Source of the DNA: a virus
Lineage: Duplodnaviria > Caudoviricetes
Direction: 5' to 3' (one strand)
Length of the DNA stretch: 52,508 bases
IMG/VR virus record: IMGVR_UViG_3300036820_000468
Location: 1 to 52,508 of that record
Part shown: positions 1 through 10,071 of the stretch, piece after piece
How the letters are laid out: each line of letters begins with the position of its first letter
Position numbering within the stretch: the stretch's first letter is position 1
The notes under the pieces: generated by a model
The model's input: only the letters and a program-made list of their open reading frames with translations
The model's database searches: none
What the model was told of the DNA's origin: nothing
Program-made: the position numbers and the translations under genes

Positions 1-15
1 AGCAGCCACGGTCAT
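1..15 (-). CDS. 5' end of the adaptor gene (MTVAA), continuing at 52508
   Basis: ATG ACC GTG GCT GCT joins CTC GGC AAA AAC GGC GGC CGG TTG TTG CTC AAT in frame. Confidence 0.7.
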
Positions 16-188
16 CCATCATTGGGGCGACGCGACTCCAAAATCGTTGCTTTAAAGTTAGCCTCGTCGGGCGGCAATCACGGCAATGCCGCAGACCGAC
101 ATTAATCCGTGTTCGGCATTTCTCACAAAAACCTGTATAGCGTTTCGGCACATCCTCAGTATAACCGATACAGTAAATTCCGGCCACA

Positions 189-2120
189 TTAGTAGCCGAT
201 CCACGTAAACGTCATGCCCGCCGAGGAACCAAACGCGATGACGTCCCACGGCGATGCAAGGTAGTACGATCCAAACGCATTTGCCGGAAGCGTAAACGCC
301 TGGCCGTTGATGGTGAGCGTATTGCTCGAACCACCGTTGGTGAACGTAATGATCGACGGGCCGTAGTAGCCCTGCCCCGCAGCGTGTTCGTTGCTCGTCG
401 GAGCCGAAGCGTTGACGACCGTCTGTTGGTCGTTGTAGCCGGGACAGTTCGTGATATAGAGACAGCCTGCGTTAATCGTCGCACTGCCGTTAACGCTCAC
501 CGGGTTTCCGACGAAGTTGGTCATGTCGCAGTTGTGGATTTGAACCGGGGCCCCCGTAAGGGACGCCGTAGCTTTTATCAACAGCGCATACTGCGATGTA
601 CCCGCGCCGGTTGAACCGCCGCCAGCGTTAGCGTAGCCAGGGCGAAGGTCGACGCCTTCAACGATGACGCCTTGGGGGCTTCCACTAATGCAGATGTTCG
701 CCGACCCGTCGGAGCCGAGGTTGGCGTTGTTGCCGAAGTTGCTGATCCTGCCGCCGATAATACGGATAGAATCGGCCGTGCCAATCTGTATGCCGTACTG
801 ATTATTTTGCGCCGTCCCGCCAGTACTCCCGTTACCTTGGACATTCGATGCGATGAGATTCCCGATGAAGTCTACGGAGGAAATATCTTGCACGTCGCCC
901 GTATCGGTGTCGAGTAAAATCAGCGGCGAGCCGTCTGTGGAATTCTGCGACTTCAGCATCGTGTTGCCGATGATCTTGGCGCCGAAAATCTTCCCGGTAT
1001 CAGAGAACGTCTTCATGTTAATGCACATGGCCCAGCACTGTATCTCGTTAGCAAGAATGCTCGTATGCTCACACCCGCTGCCGATGCCGACGTTATTCGT
1101 ATCGCCGAAGTCGATTCCGATATTCCAGTCAGAGATATGGCAACCGGAAACGACTTGATGCTCTGCACCCATCGATCCGCCGCCGATTGCTATGCAAGTG
1201 CAGCCTGATGGGCCGCCACTGCTGAATCCCGTCTGCCGTAGTTCACTTGGGCCGACGATCTGGCACTGCTCGCCCGCCAGGATGAAAGCGGTCGCATTGT
1301 TCGGGCCGTTCAGATAATCGACGTGGCACTTCTCAGCGATACTCGTCAGCCCGTTTCCGGTCGTCGAAAGCCCCGCAAAACTGATGGCCGTCGGGCAGTT
1401 GGTGAACGTACAAGACTTGAATATCGTTCCGAGTACGCCTACATAAAAGACTTGATCACCGGCAGCTCCACCACCGCCGGGGTAGTTCGCGCCGGGCCAC
1501 TGGAAAGAGAGATTACGGAACTCAACGCCGCCCGTACTATGCGGGCCACCGGTGGTAAGGAACGTCGAGGCCGCCCCGCCTGTATCGCCGATAATAAAAT
1601 GATACGCCGGTACGCCGCTTGAGCTGGTGCCGCCACCTCCAAGGCCCTGCATAATCGTTTGGTCGGGAACCTGATTACCTGAAGGCGTCCCGTTAACGGC
1701 AAACTCGAACTGCGGAATCCAAGCGAGCCCACCACCCATAGCCGGCGGGTTGCCTGTCCCAACGGACATCGCAGCGAACATTGCGTTGAGCGCGGCCGTG
1801 TTTGCCGCCGCACTGAGCCCTGTCTGGCCAACGAAGTTACCGTAGTTATACATGGTGATCGCCGAAAAATCGGTGGTAAACAGAATCGTCGGCGTGCCGC
1901 CGCCCTCACCAATAAGCTCACCAAGCTGCTGAAGTGTTATGCCAAGCGTGTCGTTCGATGCCTGATGCCAAACAGGGACAACATCTTGCAGCCCCGGAGT
2001 TCCTGGCGGCAATTGATCGATCGTATTGTCCATGCGCGGTTGCAGCGAAGCAAGACGCTTCGCACCGGCAAGAGCCACTGCGTCGATTGGACTGACGTAG
2101 ACGTTATCGAAGACGCGCAC
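189..2120 (-). CDS. Tail spike / receptor-binding protein with right-handed beta-helix (pectin-lyase-like)
   Basis: Gly/Asn/Ile-rich periodic strands (IIGNT, FIGNL, IIGGRISN, IHNCD, ITNCPGYN); N-terminal TIDQLP; in structural operon. Confidence 0.75.
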   Translation of the reverse strand: MRVFDNVYVSPIDAVALAGAKRLASLQPRMDNTIDQLPPGTPGLQDVVPVWHQASNDTLGITLQQLGELIGEGGGTPTILFTTDFSAITMYNYGNFVGQTGLSAAANTAALNAMFAAMSVGTGNPPAMGGGLAWIPQFEFAVNGTPSGNQVPDQTIMQGLGGGGTSSSGVPAYHFIIGDTGGAASTFLTTGGPHSTGGVEFRNLSFQWPGANYPGGGGAAGDQVFYVGVLGTIFKSCTFTNCPTAISFAGLSTTGNGLTSIAEKCHVDYLNGPNNATAFILAGEQCQIVGPSELRQTGFSSGGPSGCTCIAIGGGSMGAEHQVVSGCHISDWNIGIDFGDTNNVGIGSGCEHTSILANEIQCWAMCINMKTFSDTGKIFGAKIIGNTMLKSQNSTDGSPLILLDTDTGDVQDISSVDFIGNLIASNVQGNGSTGGTAQNNQYGIQIGTADSIRIIGGRISNFGNNANLGSDGSANICISGSPQGVIVEGVDLRPGYANAGGGSTGAGTSQYALLIKATASLTGAPVQIHNCDMTNFVGNPVSVNGSATINAGCLYITNCPGYNDQQTVVNASAPTSNEHAAGQGYYGPSIITFTNGGSSNTLTINGQAFTLPANAFGSYYLASPWDVIAFGSSAGMTFTWIGY

Positions 2121-2122
2121 GG

Positions 2123-2323
2123 CTACTCGCGATTACGCGGACGGATGTTTTCTAACGACTCCTTTGTGAAGACGCCTCCGTTGGTGCGGGCTTGCCGCTT
2201 CATCATGCCGCTATAAATATCGTCTTCGGGGTCAATCGAGCGATCGAGTCCTTCACGATCCAAACGAATCGGATAGGTCATCCGTTTCGCCTGCTCTTCT
2301 TTTTTGAAATCTGGTCCGGGCAT
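2123..2323 (-). CDS. Hypothetical protein
   Basis: Tightly packed in operon, AAGGAG RBS. Confidence 0.7.
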   Translation of the reverse strand: MPGPDFKKEEQAKRMTYPIRLDREGLDRSIDPEDDIYSGMMKRQARTNGGVFTKESLENIRPRNRE

Positions 2324-2333
2324 CGAGCGCTCC

Positions 2334-2534
2334 TTATCCGCCGTTTGAAATCATACGGCGAGCGGGGTGTTCATCCACGACTTTCTGACATTTCTTTTTG
2401 TCATCGTCTTGGTAAACCATCCGCTCGCCGTTATATCCTCTTTGTAAGACAACGAACTTTTTCGTCGCCGGTCCCCGCTTCTTATCGAGCAGCTCCGCTA
2501 ACGCGTTGCCAATCGTTTCTGCGGTGTCGGCCAT
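2334..2534 (-). CDS. Hypothetical protein
   Basis: TAATG coupling with upstream gene. Confidence 0.7.
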   Translation of the reverse strand: MADTAETIGNALAELLDKKRGPATKKFVVLQRGYNGERMVYQDDDKKKCQKVVDEHPARRMISNGG

Positions 2535-3226
2535 TACAGTGCGCTTGGCGCCGTCTCCGTAGCCTTGACCGGCTTGTTCTTGGCTCCGGCGGCGATCGTC
2601 TCGGCGCGGCCGACGACAAGACCCTTGAGTTCGGCGAGTTCCCGGCGCATCGCTTCGACTTCCTTGTCCTTTTCGCGCAGCCGCGCGTCCATGCGCTTAC
2701 GGATCTCACCTTCGGTTTCGTGGTGCGCCCACGTGTCCTTGAGATCGTCGAAGTCGCCGATACCGTAGATCTCGTAGAGGCTGATCGGATCGGGATCTTT
2801 GCCATCCTCGCTCAAGATCGTGATGTCGATGTCGGGCGAACGGTGCGGCCCGATCGGATTCATGTCAGGATGGAAGCCCTTCTGACCGCGGGGATAGTCG
2901 TAACGCATCAGATAGCGCGCCGATTCGATCGCGATGTGATCGCGCAGAACTTCGAGTATCGCTTCGTCGGTACACTGCTCGTACTCCTCGAAGCGGTCGA
3001 ATGGACCGAACCACGCCCGTGCCTTTTCAACCGGCTGGACGACCGAGTCGCCTGGGCGCAGCACGATGATCGTGTTCTTGAAGCCGCGGCCCTTGCACCA
3101 GTTGAGTTCGAGTGGCCGCTGCGAGTCGTGAGCGAGATGGATCCGCGCCATCTTCTCGATGACGGTGATCTCGCGGGACTGCTTGAGCTGACGCTCCTTG
3201 TCAATCTTTGTGAGAATCGTTCCCAT
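2534..3226 (-). CDS. Hypothetical protein with C-terminal coiled coil (head module)
   Basis: 230 aa, translationally coupled at both ends. Confidence 0.8.
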   Translation of the reverse strand: MGTILTKIDKERQLKQSREITVIEKMARIHLAHDSQRPLELNWCKGRGFKNTIIVLRPGDSVVQPVEKARAWFGPFDRFEEYEQCTDEAILEVLRDHIAIESARYLMRYDYPRGQKGFHPDMNPIGPHRSPDIDITILSEDGKDPDPISLYEIYGIGDFDDLKDTWAHHETEGEIRKRMDARLREKDKEVEAMRRELAELKGLVVGRAETIAAGAKNKPVKATETAPSAL

Positions 3227-4245
3227 TAAAACTCTCCGTTGACCAAGATCGGGATTTTACCGGTGAACCCAGTTCCGCCCGTGAAGGTCGAGCCCGTCGC
3301 GACGAAGGTCGTGCCACCCGCGCCCGTCACGTTCGACGCCGTCGTGAGCGAGTTGGCGACCATGCCGCTGATGTGCGTGAAGAACCGGCCGGTTTCGCCC
3401 AGCGTGCCGTTGGCAGCCGTCGCTCCGAAGGTCACCAGGAACGGCGTGCTCAGAGCGTTGACCGTTACGGTGATCGCGCCAGCCGCGTTGGCCGCCGTGA
3501 AATATTGACTGAAGTTCGGCTGCAAGTTGAGGTACGCGACCATCGCCGCTGCGGCCGTGGTAGCGCTCGCCGCAGTCGTCGGGGTGAGCGCAAGGCTCCA
3601 CGTCGCCGTCTGCAACGTACCCGGAGCCGTGTCGAGGTACGGCGACTGGATGATGAGATTGAGCACGTCGCCCGCAGCCGGAGTAGCAACGGTGAAGACC
3701 TGCGCGGCCTGGGCGAGTGCCGCAGCCGTCAAGGACGAACCGATCCCCGACGCCGGCAAGTTCGCGACACCGACGAGTGCGCCCGACACAGCCGTCGCAA
3801 CGGCGACGCCTTGGCCGTAGCCCGCCGTGTTACGCGAACTGACGATCGGGAGTCCATCGACGATCGTTACCGCACCCGAGCCGGCCTGATCGACGTAGGC
3901 GTACGCAATGCCTTTGATCGTGGCGTTGACGAACTGCGTGCCACGGATGCTGGTCTGCGCGGACGACACGTACGTTGGCACGCCGCCGGCATTGATCGAT
4001 CCGCTGAAGCCCGGCCAGTCCGCTGCGACGACGCCTGCGATCTTGCCTTTGGTCGTGCCGGCCGGTAACGGCTGCACGGTCTGAAAATCCGGGTAAGTCT
4101 GATTGTCGATCGAGACAAGCGCGAGAATGATGCCCGGAGCGTAGTTCGCCGGTACGTTATACGGCCGGTATGCTTGGGCGCCTTGCCCACCGTAGTTCGG
4201 CTCGTTGTTGGTGGTCAGATCGCCGGTCGTAGTCCACTTCGGCAT
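3226..4245 (-). CDS. Putative capsid decoration / minor structural protein
   Basis: Ala/Thr/Gly-rich, downstream of MCP, strong TAAGGAG RBS. Confidence 0.65.
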   Translation of the reverse strand: MPKWTTTGDLTTNNEPNYGGQGAQAYRPYNVPANYAPGIILALVSIDNQTYPDFQTVQPLPAGTTKGKIAGVVAADWPGFSGSINAGGVPTYVSSAQTSIRGTQFVNATIKGIAYAYVDQAGSGAVTIVDGLPIVSSRNTAGYGQGVAVATAVSGALVGVANLPASGIGSSLTAAALAQAAQVFTVATPAAGDVLNLIIQSPYLDTAPGTLQTATWSLALTPTTAASATTAAAAMVAYLNLQPNFSQYFTAANAAGAITVTVNALSTPFLVTFGATAANGTLGETGRFFTHISGMVANSLTTASNVTGAGGTTFVATGSTFTGGTGFTGKIPILVNGEF

Positions 4246-4288
4246 GAGTTATCGACTCCTTACGTTACTGCTAAAAGGTTCGTGCGAA

Positions 4289-4474
4289 CTACCGGCGACC
4301 GTCGGGCTGCGACATATGAAGCGCGCCTTCGGGGGTCGGATAGCCCCGCTCGTAGCTCTTGGGTTCCATCGTCGACTTGGCAGCCGTGATGATTCCGCCC
4401 TCGAGTTCGACGCTTTCGCTCGGCACATTGCTGCCGTCGCCTGCACCCTTACCGCCGTGTTTGTTTCGTGCCAT
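4289..4474 (-). CDS. Small hypothetical protein
   Basis: TAAGGAG RBS, follows MCP. Confidence 0.65.
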   Translation of the reverse strand: MARNKHGGKGAGDGSNVPSESVELEGGIITAAKSTMEPKSYERGYPTPEGALHMSQPDGRR

Positions 4475-4515
4475 ATCGTTACGTTGACTCCTTAACCGTT
4501 TGAGATGTTGCTAAT

Positions 4516-5475
4516 CTATCCATTGGCTATGTTGCGATAGACCCCGCACGCTGCGGGTTTCCGAACTTCGAAGTTGCCCATCGCAAGAACCTGGCCCGCT
4601 TCGGTGTCCTGGTTGTAGGGGCGCTGGAAACCCTGGAACTCGAACTGCCGATCCTTGTGCAGGATGAGCCGTTCGTGATCGAGGTTGTGGAAGTTCATCG
4701 TGCCCGAGGGCTGACCGAAATCGTCGACGAGCGCGCAACCCTGAAATGCGATGTTATCGAATCCGAGGTTGCCGACCGAACTGTCGCGGAAAATCTCTTG
4801 GGGCGTGAGCAACGACCAGTACGATGCGTACCCGGTCTTAGTAGCCGAGATAAGCTGGACGCGCTCTTCGTCAGTTTTGCACTGCATGTACAGCGTCATC
4901 ATCGACGAAGTCGCAAGCGCAGTCGGCGTACCCGGGTCGAAGACCTGGGCCTGCCACCACGGGTTCGCGCTGCGATCGATGCCGTTGTAAACCGCGAAGC
5001 CTTGGGCGTTGTTGACTCCGGCTCCGAGGCCGTCCCAATCCTTGCCGCCGTTGCCATTGCCGTTGCCGTACACGAAGCTGGCCACCTTATCGAAGGCGGC
5101 CATGAACGCCGACTCGGTCTTGATCTTGACCAAGTTGAGCGTTGCGGTGCGGCCGGTGCAGCGGAGCTTGTCGGTCCCGTTGACGGTAGCCGATGCGTAC
5201 GCGGCGCACCACCGGATCTCGACGTTGGTGAACTCTTCCTGCGCGTCGGCATTGAGCAGGTCGGCGCCGAAGTACGACGAGGCCGTTTGATTCGGCTGCG
5301 CGAGAATCGGCTGGGCGATAATCGAACCGCCGTCGATACGCACGACGCGTCCAACGGCGTTGAGAACACCCATCACGGCCCGCGACATATACCGCTGGTC
5401 GATGACGTTTGGCCGGACGTACCGGTTTGCGACGGTGTTGATTTCGTTTGTGCTGACGTACGGAAGCCCGTTCAC
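4516..5475 (-). CDS. Major capsid protein
   Basis: 319 aa; motifs DGGSII, S-Y-G-D-L, YGNG-G--GK--DGL, YNGIDRS-NPWW, LGFDNIAF-G typical of HK97-fold podoviral MCPs; follows scaffold; GAGGA RBS. Confidence 0.88.
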   Translation of the reverse strand: MNGLPYVSTNEINTVANRYVRPNVIDQRYMSRAVMGVLNAVGRVVRIDGGSIIAQPILAQPNQTASSYFGADLLNADAQEEFTNVEIRWCAAYASATVNGTDKLRCTGRTATLNLVKIKTESAFMAAFDKVASFVYGNGNGNGGKDWDGLGAGVNNAQGFAVYNGIDRSANPWWQAQVFDPGTPTALATSSMMTLYMQCKTDEERVQLISATKTGYASYWSLLTPQEIFRDSSVGNLGFDNIAFQGCALVDDFGQPSGTMNFHNLDHERLILHKDRQFEFQGFQRPYNQDTEAGQVLAMGNFEVRKPAACGVYRNIANG

Positions 5476-5492
5476 GCTTTAATCCTCACTTG

Positions 5493-6797
5493 TTACTGTG
5501 GGTGATCCTTGATAAACGCGGCTACCGCGTCGTCAGGGTTGCCGCGCCACTCTTTATTGGGGTCGACGGGAGCGCGCGAACCGGTAATCGATGGTCCGCT
5601 ACTAGGAAGAACTGCAACCGCGGGTGCGGGCGTATTGGGCGCGGGGGTAGGCGGCGGTGCAGTCGCACGCGATGCGGCGTTAGCCACAGCGCCTTGCGCC
5701 TCAAGAAAAACTCGGAGTTGTTTAACCGCGTCGGGAAGTCCGCGCGCCTTGAGTTCGTCGATGCCGTTAGCCGTATCGGCTGCCCATAACTGAAGCGCTG
5801 CATCACGCAATGCCGTTTTGATCGCGACATTATCGCGAACGTACGGGTACTGCGCGAAGACCGTCTCCCACTCGCTCTTCGCCCGTTCCTTAACAACGAA
5901 CTCGCGCATCGCGTCCATCGTTTGCCGGTCTTTGTCCGGAGGCTGCAGGGTCCACGGCATCGCGAGAGCTGCACGCTCGGACGGCGGAGCTTGCGCGGGT
6001 AGACCGCGTTGCTCACGGCCCTCCGGTGAGTTGAAGAAGCTGATGCAAATCCGAGCGTAATCGAGCGTCGCTTCGTCCATCGTAAGGATCGACTCGAGCA
6101 TCTTCGTGCGCTCGGGCTCGCGGCGCATAATGTCGAGGATCGGTGTCCACTCGCGTTCGGCGGTCACAGCGTCCTGACCAAAAACTTTTCGAAACTGCGT
6201 GGCCTCTTGTACGGCCGGGAGCATCTGATCGCGCTCTTGCAGTCCGGCAACGATCTGCGCACGCGTCCACGGCTCAACACCGGCAGCGAGGTGAATCGGT
6301 TCGTCGGGGGCGTAACTCGGTGCGCCCGGTGCGGCGGCAGCGGGAGCCGCGGCGGCGGGCGCAGCGGGAGCTACAGGAGCCGCAGGCTCGGGCGTTCCGG
6401 CTTTCGGAGCGGCGGCGGCTGGCTCTCCAGACGGCGTGCCTTCAGACGCTGTCGCAGCCGGCGCCGCTCCAGCCTCAGGTGTAACAGCCGGTTCAGCCGT
6501 CGGCTGATCGCCGGTGGCCGCAAATGCGTCGAGCGCAGCTTGGCGCTTGACCGCAATCGAATCGGGGGTCTCACCCTCAGGCAGCGGGCCATCGTCAACG
6601 AACGTGCCGCCGCCTTCGCGGGCGACAACTTCAGGTTCGTCGGGCAGCGTGCCGGCGGGGAAATCTTTCATGAACTTGCTGACAGGATCGCCGCCCACAA
6701 CCGCTTTGGATTTGGGCGTGAACGGATCGGCACCCGGCAATCGATTAGTGATTGCGGCCTGGGGAGACGGGCGCTCGGGTAGTTTGTTATCTGCCAT
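5493..6797 (-). CDS. Putative scaffolding protein
   Basis: Pro/Ala-rich acidic N-half with helical C-half, directly upstream of MCP. Confidence 0.7.
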   Translation of the reverse strand: MADNKLPERPSPQAAITNRLPGADPFTPKSKAVVGGDPVSKFMKDFPAGTLPDEPEVVAREGGGTFVDDGPLPEGETPDSIAVKRQAALDAFAATGDQPTAEPAVTPEAGAAPAATASEGTPSGEPAAAAPKAGTPEPAAPVAPAAPAAAAPAAAAPGAPSYAPDEPIHLAAGVEPWTRAQIVAGLQERDQMLPAVQEATQFRKVFGQDAVTAEREWTPILDIMRREPERTKMLESILTMDEATLDYARICISFFNSPEGREQRGLPAQAPPSERAALAMPWTLQPPDKDRQTMDAMREFVVKERAKSEWETVFAQYPYVRDNVAIKTALRDAALQLWAADTANGIDELKARGLPDAVKQLRVFLEAQGAVANAASRATAPPPTPAPNTPAPAVAVLPSSGPSITGSRAPVDPNKEWRGNPDDAVAAFIKDHPQ

Positions 6798-6862
6798 AAG
6801 CTCTTTTCGAAATCACGGTAGCATGGAGCCGGAACGAACCGGCCCCACGCTACAGATGCGTG

Positions 6863-7024
6863 TTAGCGCCGACCCCGGCGTTTTCCGCGCCGCGATTTGC
6901 GGCCGGCCTTGCGGCCGTGCTTGCGGCCCATGTGTTCCATGCCGAGGGATTTTCCGGCACGGTGACGTCGGCTTGCCGAGCGTGAATGCTTGCGGCTACC
7001 GCGTTTGCTGTGGCGTTTGGCCAT
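6863..7024 (-). CDS. 53-aa protamine-like Arg/Lys/His-rich protein (not in ORF track)
   Basis: Manual translation MAKRHSKRGSRKHSRSASRRHRAGKSLGMEHMGRKHGRKAGRKSRRGKRRGRR; GGAAGGAGG RBS. Confidence 0.8.
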   Translation of the reverse strand: MAKRHSKRGSRKHSRSASRRHRAGKSLGMEHMGRKHGRKAGRKSRRGKRRGRR

Positions 7025-7088
7025 GTTCGTTCCTCCTTCCAAAAGATTTACAGAAGGCAGCGTAACGAGCGTTGGCTACGGTAGTCGG

Positions 7089-7108
7089 TCCAGAATCCTG
7101 GAGAACAG
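7089..7108. promoter_or_regulatory. Palindromic box, copy 1 (TCCAGAATCCTGGAGAACAG)
   Basis: Identical 20-mer at 11317-11336; 7084-7107 matches 48764-48787 at 22/24. Confidence 0.75.
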
Positions 7109-7109
7109 C

Positions 7110-7472
7110 TTACATGGAGCCTGGCGAGCCCGAATCCATAAGCTGCGAACCATCCAGTTGCAACGTTCCGGGGACACCAGGCTGCCCGGCAGCAGGGCCG
7201 GGATCATCACCTTGTTTTGGTACGGTGGCTTGTTTGATTTGATTGATCCACTCGTTGATCTGATTGAGCATCTCCGGCACGAAGCCCTGAAGATTTCGTA
7301 AGCCGGAAATCGCTTCACCGCCAGCCGCGATCTTCGTCTTGCCCGGGGCGCCCGTTGGAATCGCGCCTTTCCCGGTCGGAGGCGGCGGTGCGCCGGGCAT
7401 GTTCGGCGGCGTACCCACGCCAATCGAAGCGGGATTGGGGCCCATAGCACTGGTCAGTGCGTCTCCGTACAT
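7110..7472 (-). CDS. Pro/Gly-rich hypothetical protein (head module)
   Basis: GAGGT RBS; N-terminus resembles 10072..10395. Confidence 0.75.
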   Translation of the reverse strand: MYGDALTSAMGPNPASIGVGTPPNMPGAPPPPTGKGAIPTGAPGKTKIAAGGEAISGLRNLQGFVPEMLNQINEWINQIKQATVPKQGDDPGPAAGQPGVPGTLQLDGSQLMDSGSPGSM

Positions 7473-7474
7473 TG

Positions 7475-8005
7475 TTACCTCACCATCCTAACAGACGGAT
7501 GAATGTTACGTCCTTGTTTTGCGTTGCAAGACCGGCACTGGCCGACGATGTTTAAGATCTCGTTTGTGCCACCACGGCAGAGGGGGACTAGATGGCCGAT
7601 TGTAAGCTTCGTCTCTACCGCACAATCGAAACATCGCCCGAACTGTCCGGCTTTGATTGCCTTCCAGTCTACTGCGTCGAGCTTGCCCGAAACCGTAGCC
7701 CGTCTTCGGTTTTGCTGCGTTACAACAAGGTCGGAGTTACGACGGCGCCAGGCTGACTGGTAGACTCGTTTACCTACGGCGCGGCGCTCGTTGTATCGCC
7801 GTTGGTATGCAAGGAAGCCCTCGCGGTTTTCCGCTTTCCACGCAGCGTGGGCAACGCGGGCTTCCTCACGGTGTGTCTCGCGATATCTTTTCAAATACGC
7901 TAAGTACTCGTCTCGTTTGTTATTACGGCGCACCTTACTACGAGTACGGGCCTTATCGCGATGTTCCAGGTAGTACGTTTGAGCGTACTGTTGTTTAGTC
8001 GTCAT
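7475..8005 (-). CDS. Free-standing HNH endonuclease
   Basis: CFDC...TIGHLVPLCRGGTN...NIVGQCRSCNAKQG; basic helical N-terminal repeats; ATGA overlap with portal stop. Confidence 0.9.
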   Translation of the reverse strand: MTTKQQYAQTYYLEHRDKARTRSKVRRNNKRDEYLAYLKRYRETHREEARVAHAAWKAENREGFLAYQRRYNERRAVGKRVYQSAWRRRNSDLVVTQQNRRRATVSGKLDAVDWKAIKAGQFGRCFDCAVETKLTIGHLVPLCRGGTNEILNIVGQCRSCNAKQGRNIHPSVRMVR

Positions 8006-10068
8006 CGCATTGCAGCGTTATCTCGGCGTGATGGTAGATTCGAAGGTGGCGGCATTCGTTTTCGATGCGCATCACGTGCGGAGTTTTTCGGCGTAGGGCC
8101 GGGCTTACCTGATTGCTTCGCCATTGCCTGTAGTTTAGCGTCTTGCTCTTCTTGCTTCAACATTCGTGGTAGCTCAGTTTTCCAACCCTCTAACTTGAAC
8201 TTCTTCATCCACCACGTTCTATCGATCAAATGCTTATCGACCAGCGTCATCCAACGATTCCACACACCCGAGGGGGACGTCGACAGCGAGCTGATCGGAA
8301 CGATTTTGAACTCGACCTGTCCACGCAGGTCCTCGTTTTTGTATCGGCGGAACGATACGGCGACTTCGTTTGCCGGACGCACGATCCCAGGGTCCTCACT
8401 CGAAACGCGCAATGGTTTGTTGCCCTGATCGAACTGCTGCAGCAACTCAATCGTGAGCCGTCCCAACCGCGTAAGCCCACTTTCAAAGTTACGGACCTTC
8501 TGGCGAATCGGCGCAGCGCCGCTCTCCTGCAGTTGATCGACGGCAGCATAGCTCGCGTTGTCGGCCTTCATCGCACCGGTCACCGCAGGGTTCACACCCG
8601 ACACCTCGCCCATACCCGCCGAGATCACCTCAAAGAGCTTGAAGAACTCGGGGGGAATCGGCGGCTTGTCGAGCGGTTGAACGTCGGCAACGTTTTCCAT
8701 CGGAATGACGTAGCCGGGTTTGTTCTTGATCGTCGCGAGATTGACGCCGCCTTTTTTGACCTTCCAGCTCGGGTTGCCGGTCTTCTCGAGTATTTCGAAA
8801 ACCTGCGAAGCGATTTTGTTTACCGCGATCGCCATCGACTGCAACTGCAGCGGCTCACCCTGGCCGTAAATCGAACCAATGTCTTGGTCTTTCCACATCG
8901 CAAACGGGAAGCCGGTCGTCTGATACGGGTTGGGAATATCGCGCAGCAGTACCTGGCCGCCAGCGATCGTAACGAGGCGGCCGTTGGGAAACTTATACCG
9001 CCACGCCGACTCCATCACCGGCTTCATTTTCGGCGCGTACTTCGGCACTGTAATCATCGTGCCGTCGATTTCGTTTGGCACTTGCCGCGTACCGACGACT
9101 TCCATCCGAACTTCGCCGTTCTCGATTACCGGCTCGAATACGCCTTGGTCGTTCTCGACCTTCTGGCGCTGGTACTCAACACGCGTTTGGTCCTTCAACC
9201 AATACTCGGCGACTTCGACGGTTTCGTGATCGTCGTCTTGGTAGTTGGGATGCGACATCGGCGACTGCGGGGAGACGATGTTGCCGTTGATTTGCATCGC
9301 TGAAAGAATCCGCCCGCCGGTCGCCGAGCCTTCATGTATGAAGTCGCGGTTACGAATCTGATCGGAGTTGTCTTCACGCTGCACACCCCGCAGCCGAGAC
9401 ACGATCTCGGCCTCGTTCGGGAAATTCTCCCGAATCCAGCTCATCGTCATGTCTTCTACATGGATGATGTACTCGGCGTCCTCGACGCACGTCGCCGTTT
9501 TGTTTGTATAAATCCGGTACGGCGGAATCACCGTCGCGATCAGTTTGCCCCGGCCATTGTTAGCAAACGGGTCGTACACGCGCTTGATAAACGAGTAACC
9601 CCAAATCAATCCGTAAAGCGTCCAGACGGCAATCGCCGACTGCAAATCGTTGTCGTCCCACTCGCGATCGACCAGCTTGCGCAGAAGCTCGGCGGTGTCT
9701 TCGGTGCCCTCGACTTCGGGCTCGACGGCATAGCGGGGCTTCGTGTCATTCATGATCGCTTGCATGAACAGAATGAAAGCCCGGATTTTGTTGATGGTGA
9801 TCGAAGCGCGCCAGTTCGGACGGCGCTCGTTCCACATCTCCCCCGAGAACAGCGCCCAAGCTCGGTCAAACGTTTCGAACGGTTTACGCTCGCGCTGCGC
9901 TCGATTAAAGAGCTGGGAGCAGTACCGTAAGATCTCGAGTTCTTGGCGTTCCTCGAGCGTCAGTTCGACTTCGACGGGTGCAGGTTTGCGCTGACGCGCC
10001 TCGTCGTACTTACGCGAGTCGTATTCGTCTTTGCGCTGGTGCCCGGGAAACTGCGCGGTTAGCGCCAC
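8002..10068 (-). CDS. Portal protein (P22-like)
   Basis: 688 aa; W...TINKIR...P.Y.VEP...D..TAELL motif; EVSGV; between TerL and scaffold. Confidence 0.88.
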   Translation of the reverse strand: MALTAQFPGHQRKDEYDSRKYDEARQRKPAPVEVELTLEERQELEILRYCSQLFNRAQRERKPFETFDRAWALFSGEMWNERRPNWRASITINKIRAFILFMQAIMNDTKPRYAVEPEVEGTEDTAELLRKLVDREWDDNDLQSAIAVWTLYGLIWGYSFIKRVYDPFANNGRGKLIATVIPPYRIYTNKTATCVEDAEYIIHVEDMTMSWIRENFPNEAEIVSRLRGVQREDNSDQIRNRDFIHEGSATGGRILSAMQINGNIVSPQSPMSHPNYQDDDHETVEVAEYWLKDQTRVEYQRQKVENDQGVFEPVIENGEVRMEVVGTRQVPNEIDGTMITVPKYAPKMKPVMESAWRYKFPNGRLVTIAGGQVLLRDIPNPYQTTGFPFAMWKDQDIGSIYGQGEPLQLQSMAIAVNKIASQVFEILEKTGNPSWKVKKGGVNLATIKNKPGYVIPMENVADVQPLDKPPIPPEFFKLFEVISAGMGEVSGVNPAVTGAMKADNASYAAVDQLQESGAAPIRQKVRNFESGLTRLGRLTIELLQQFDQGNKPLRVSSEDPGIVRPANEVAVSFRRYKNEDLRGQVEFKIVPISSLSTSPSGVWNRWMTLVDKHLIDRTWWMKKFKLEGWKTELPRMLKQEEQDAKLQAMAKQSGKPGPTPKNSARDAHRKRMPPPSNLPSRRDNAAMR

Positions 10069-10071
10069 AGG

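Noticed and set aside
58-249. 63-aa ORF after the spike gene
   Set aside because: Overlaps the spike end with no clear RBS or motif; a shorter ORF from the TAATG overlap is possible but unsupported
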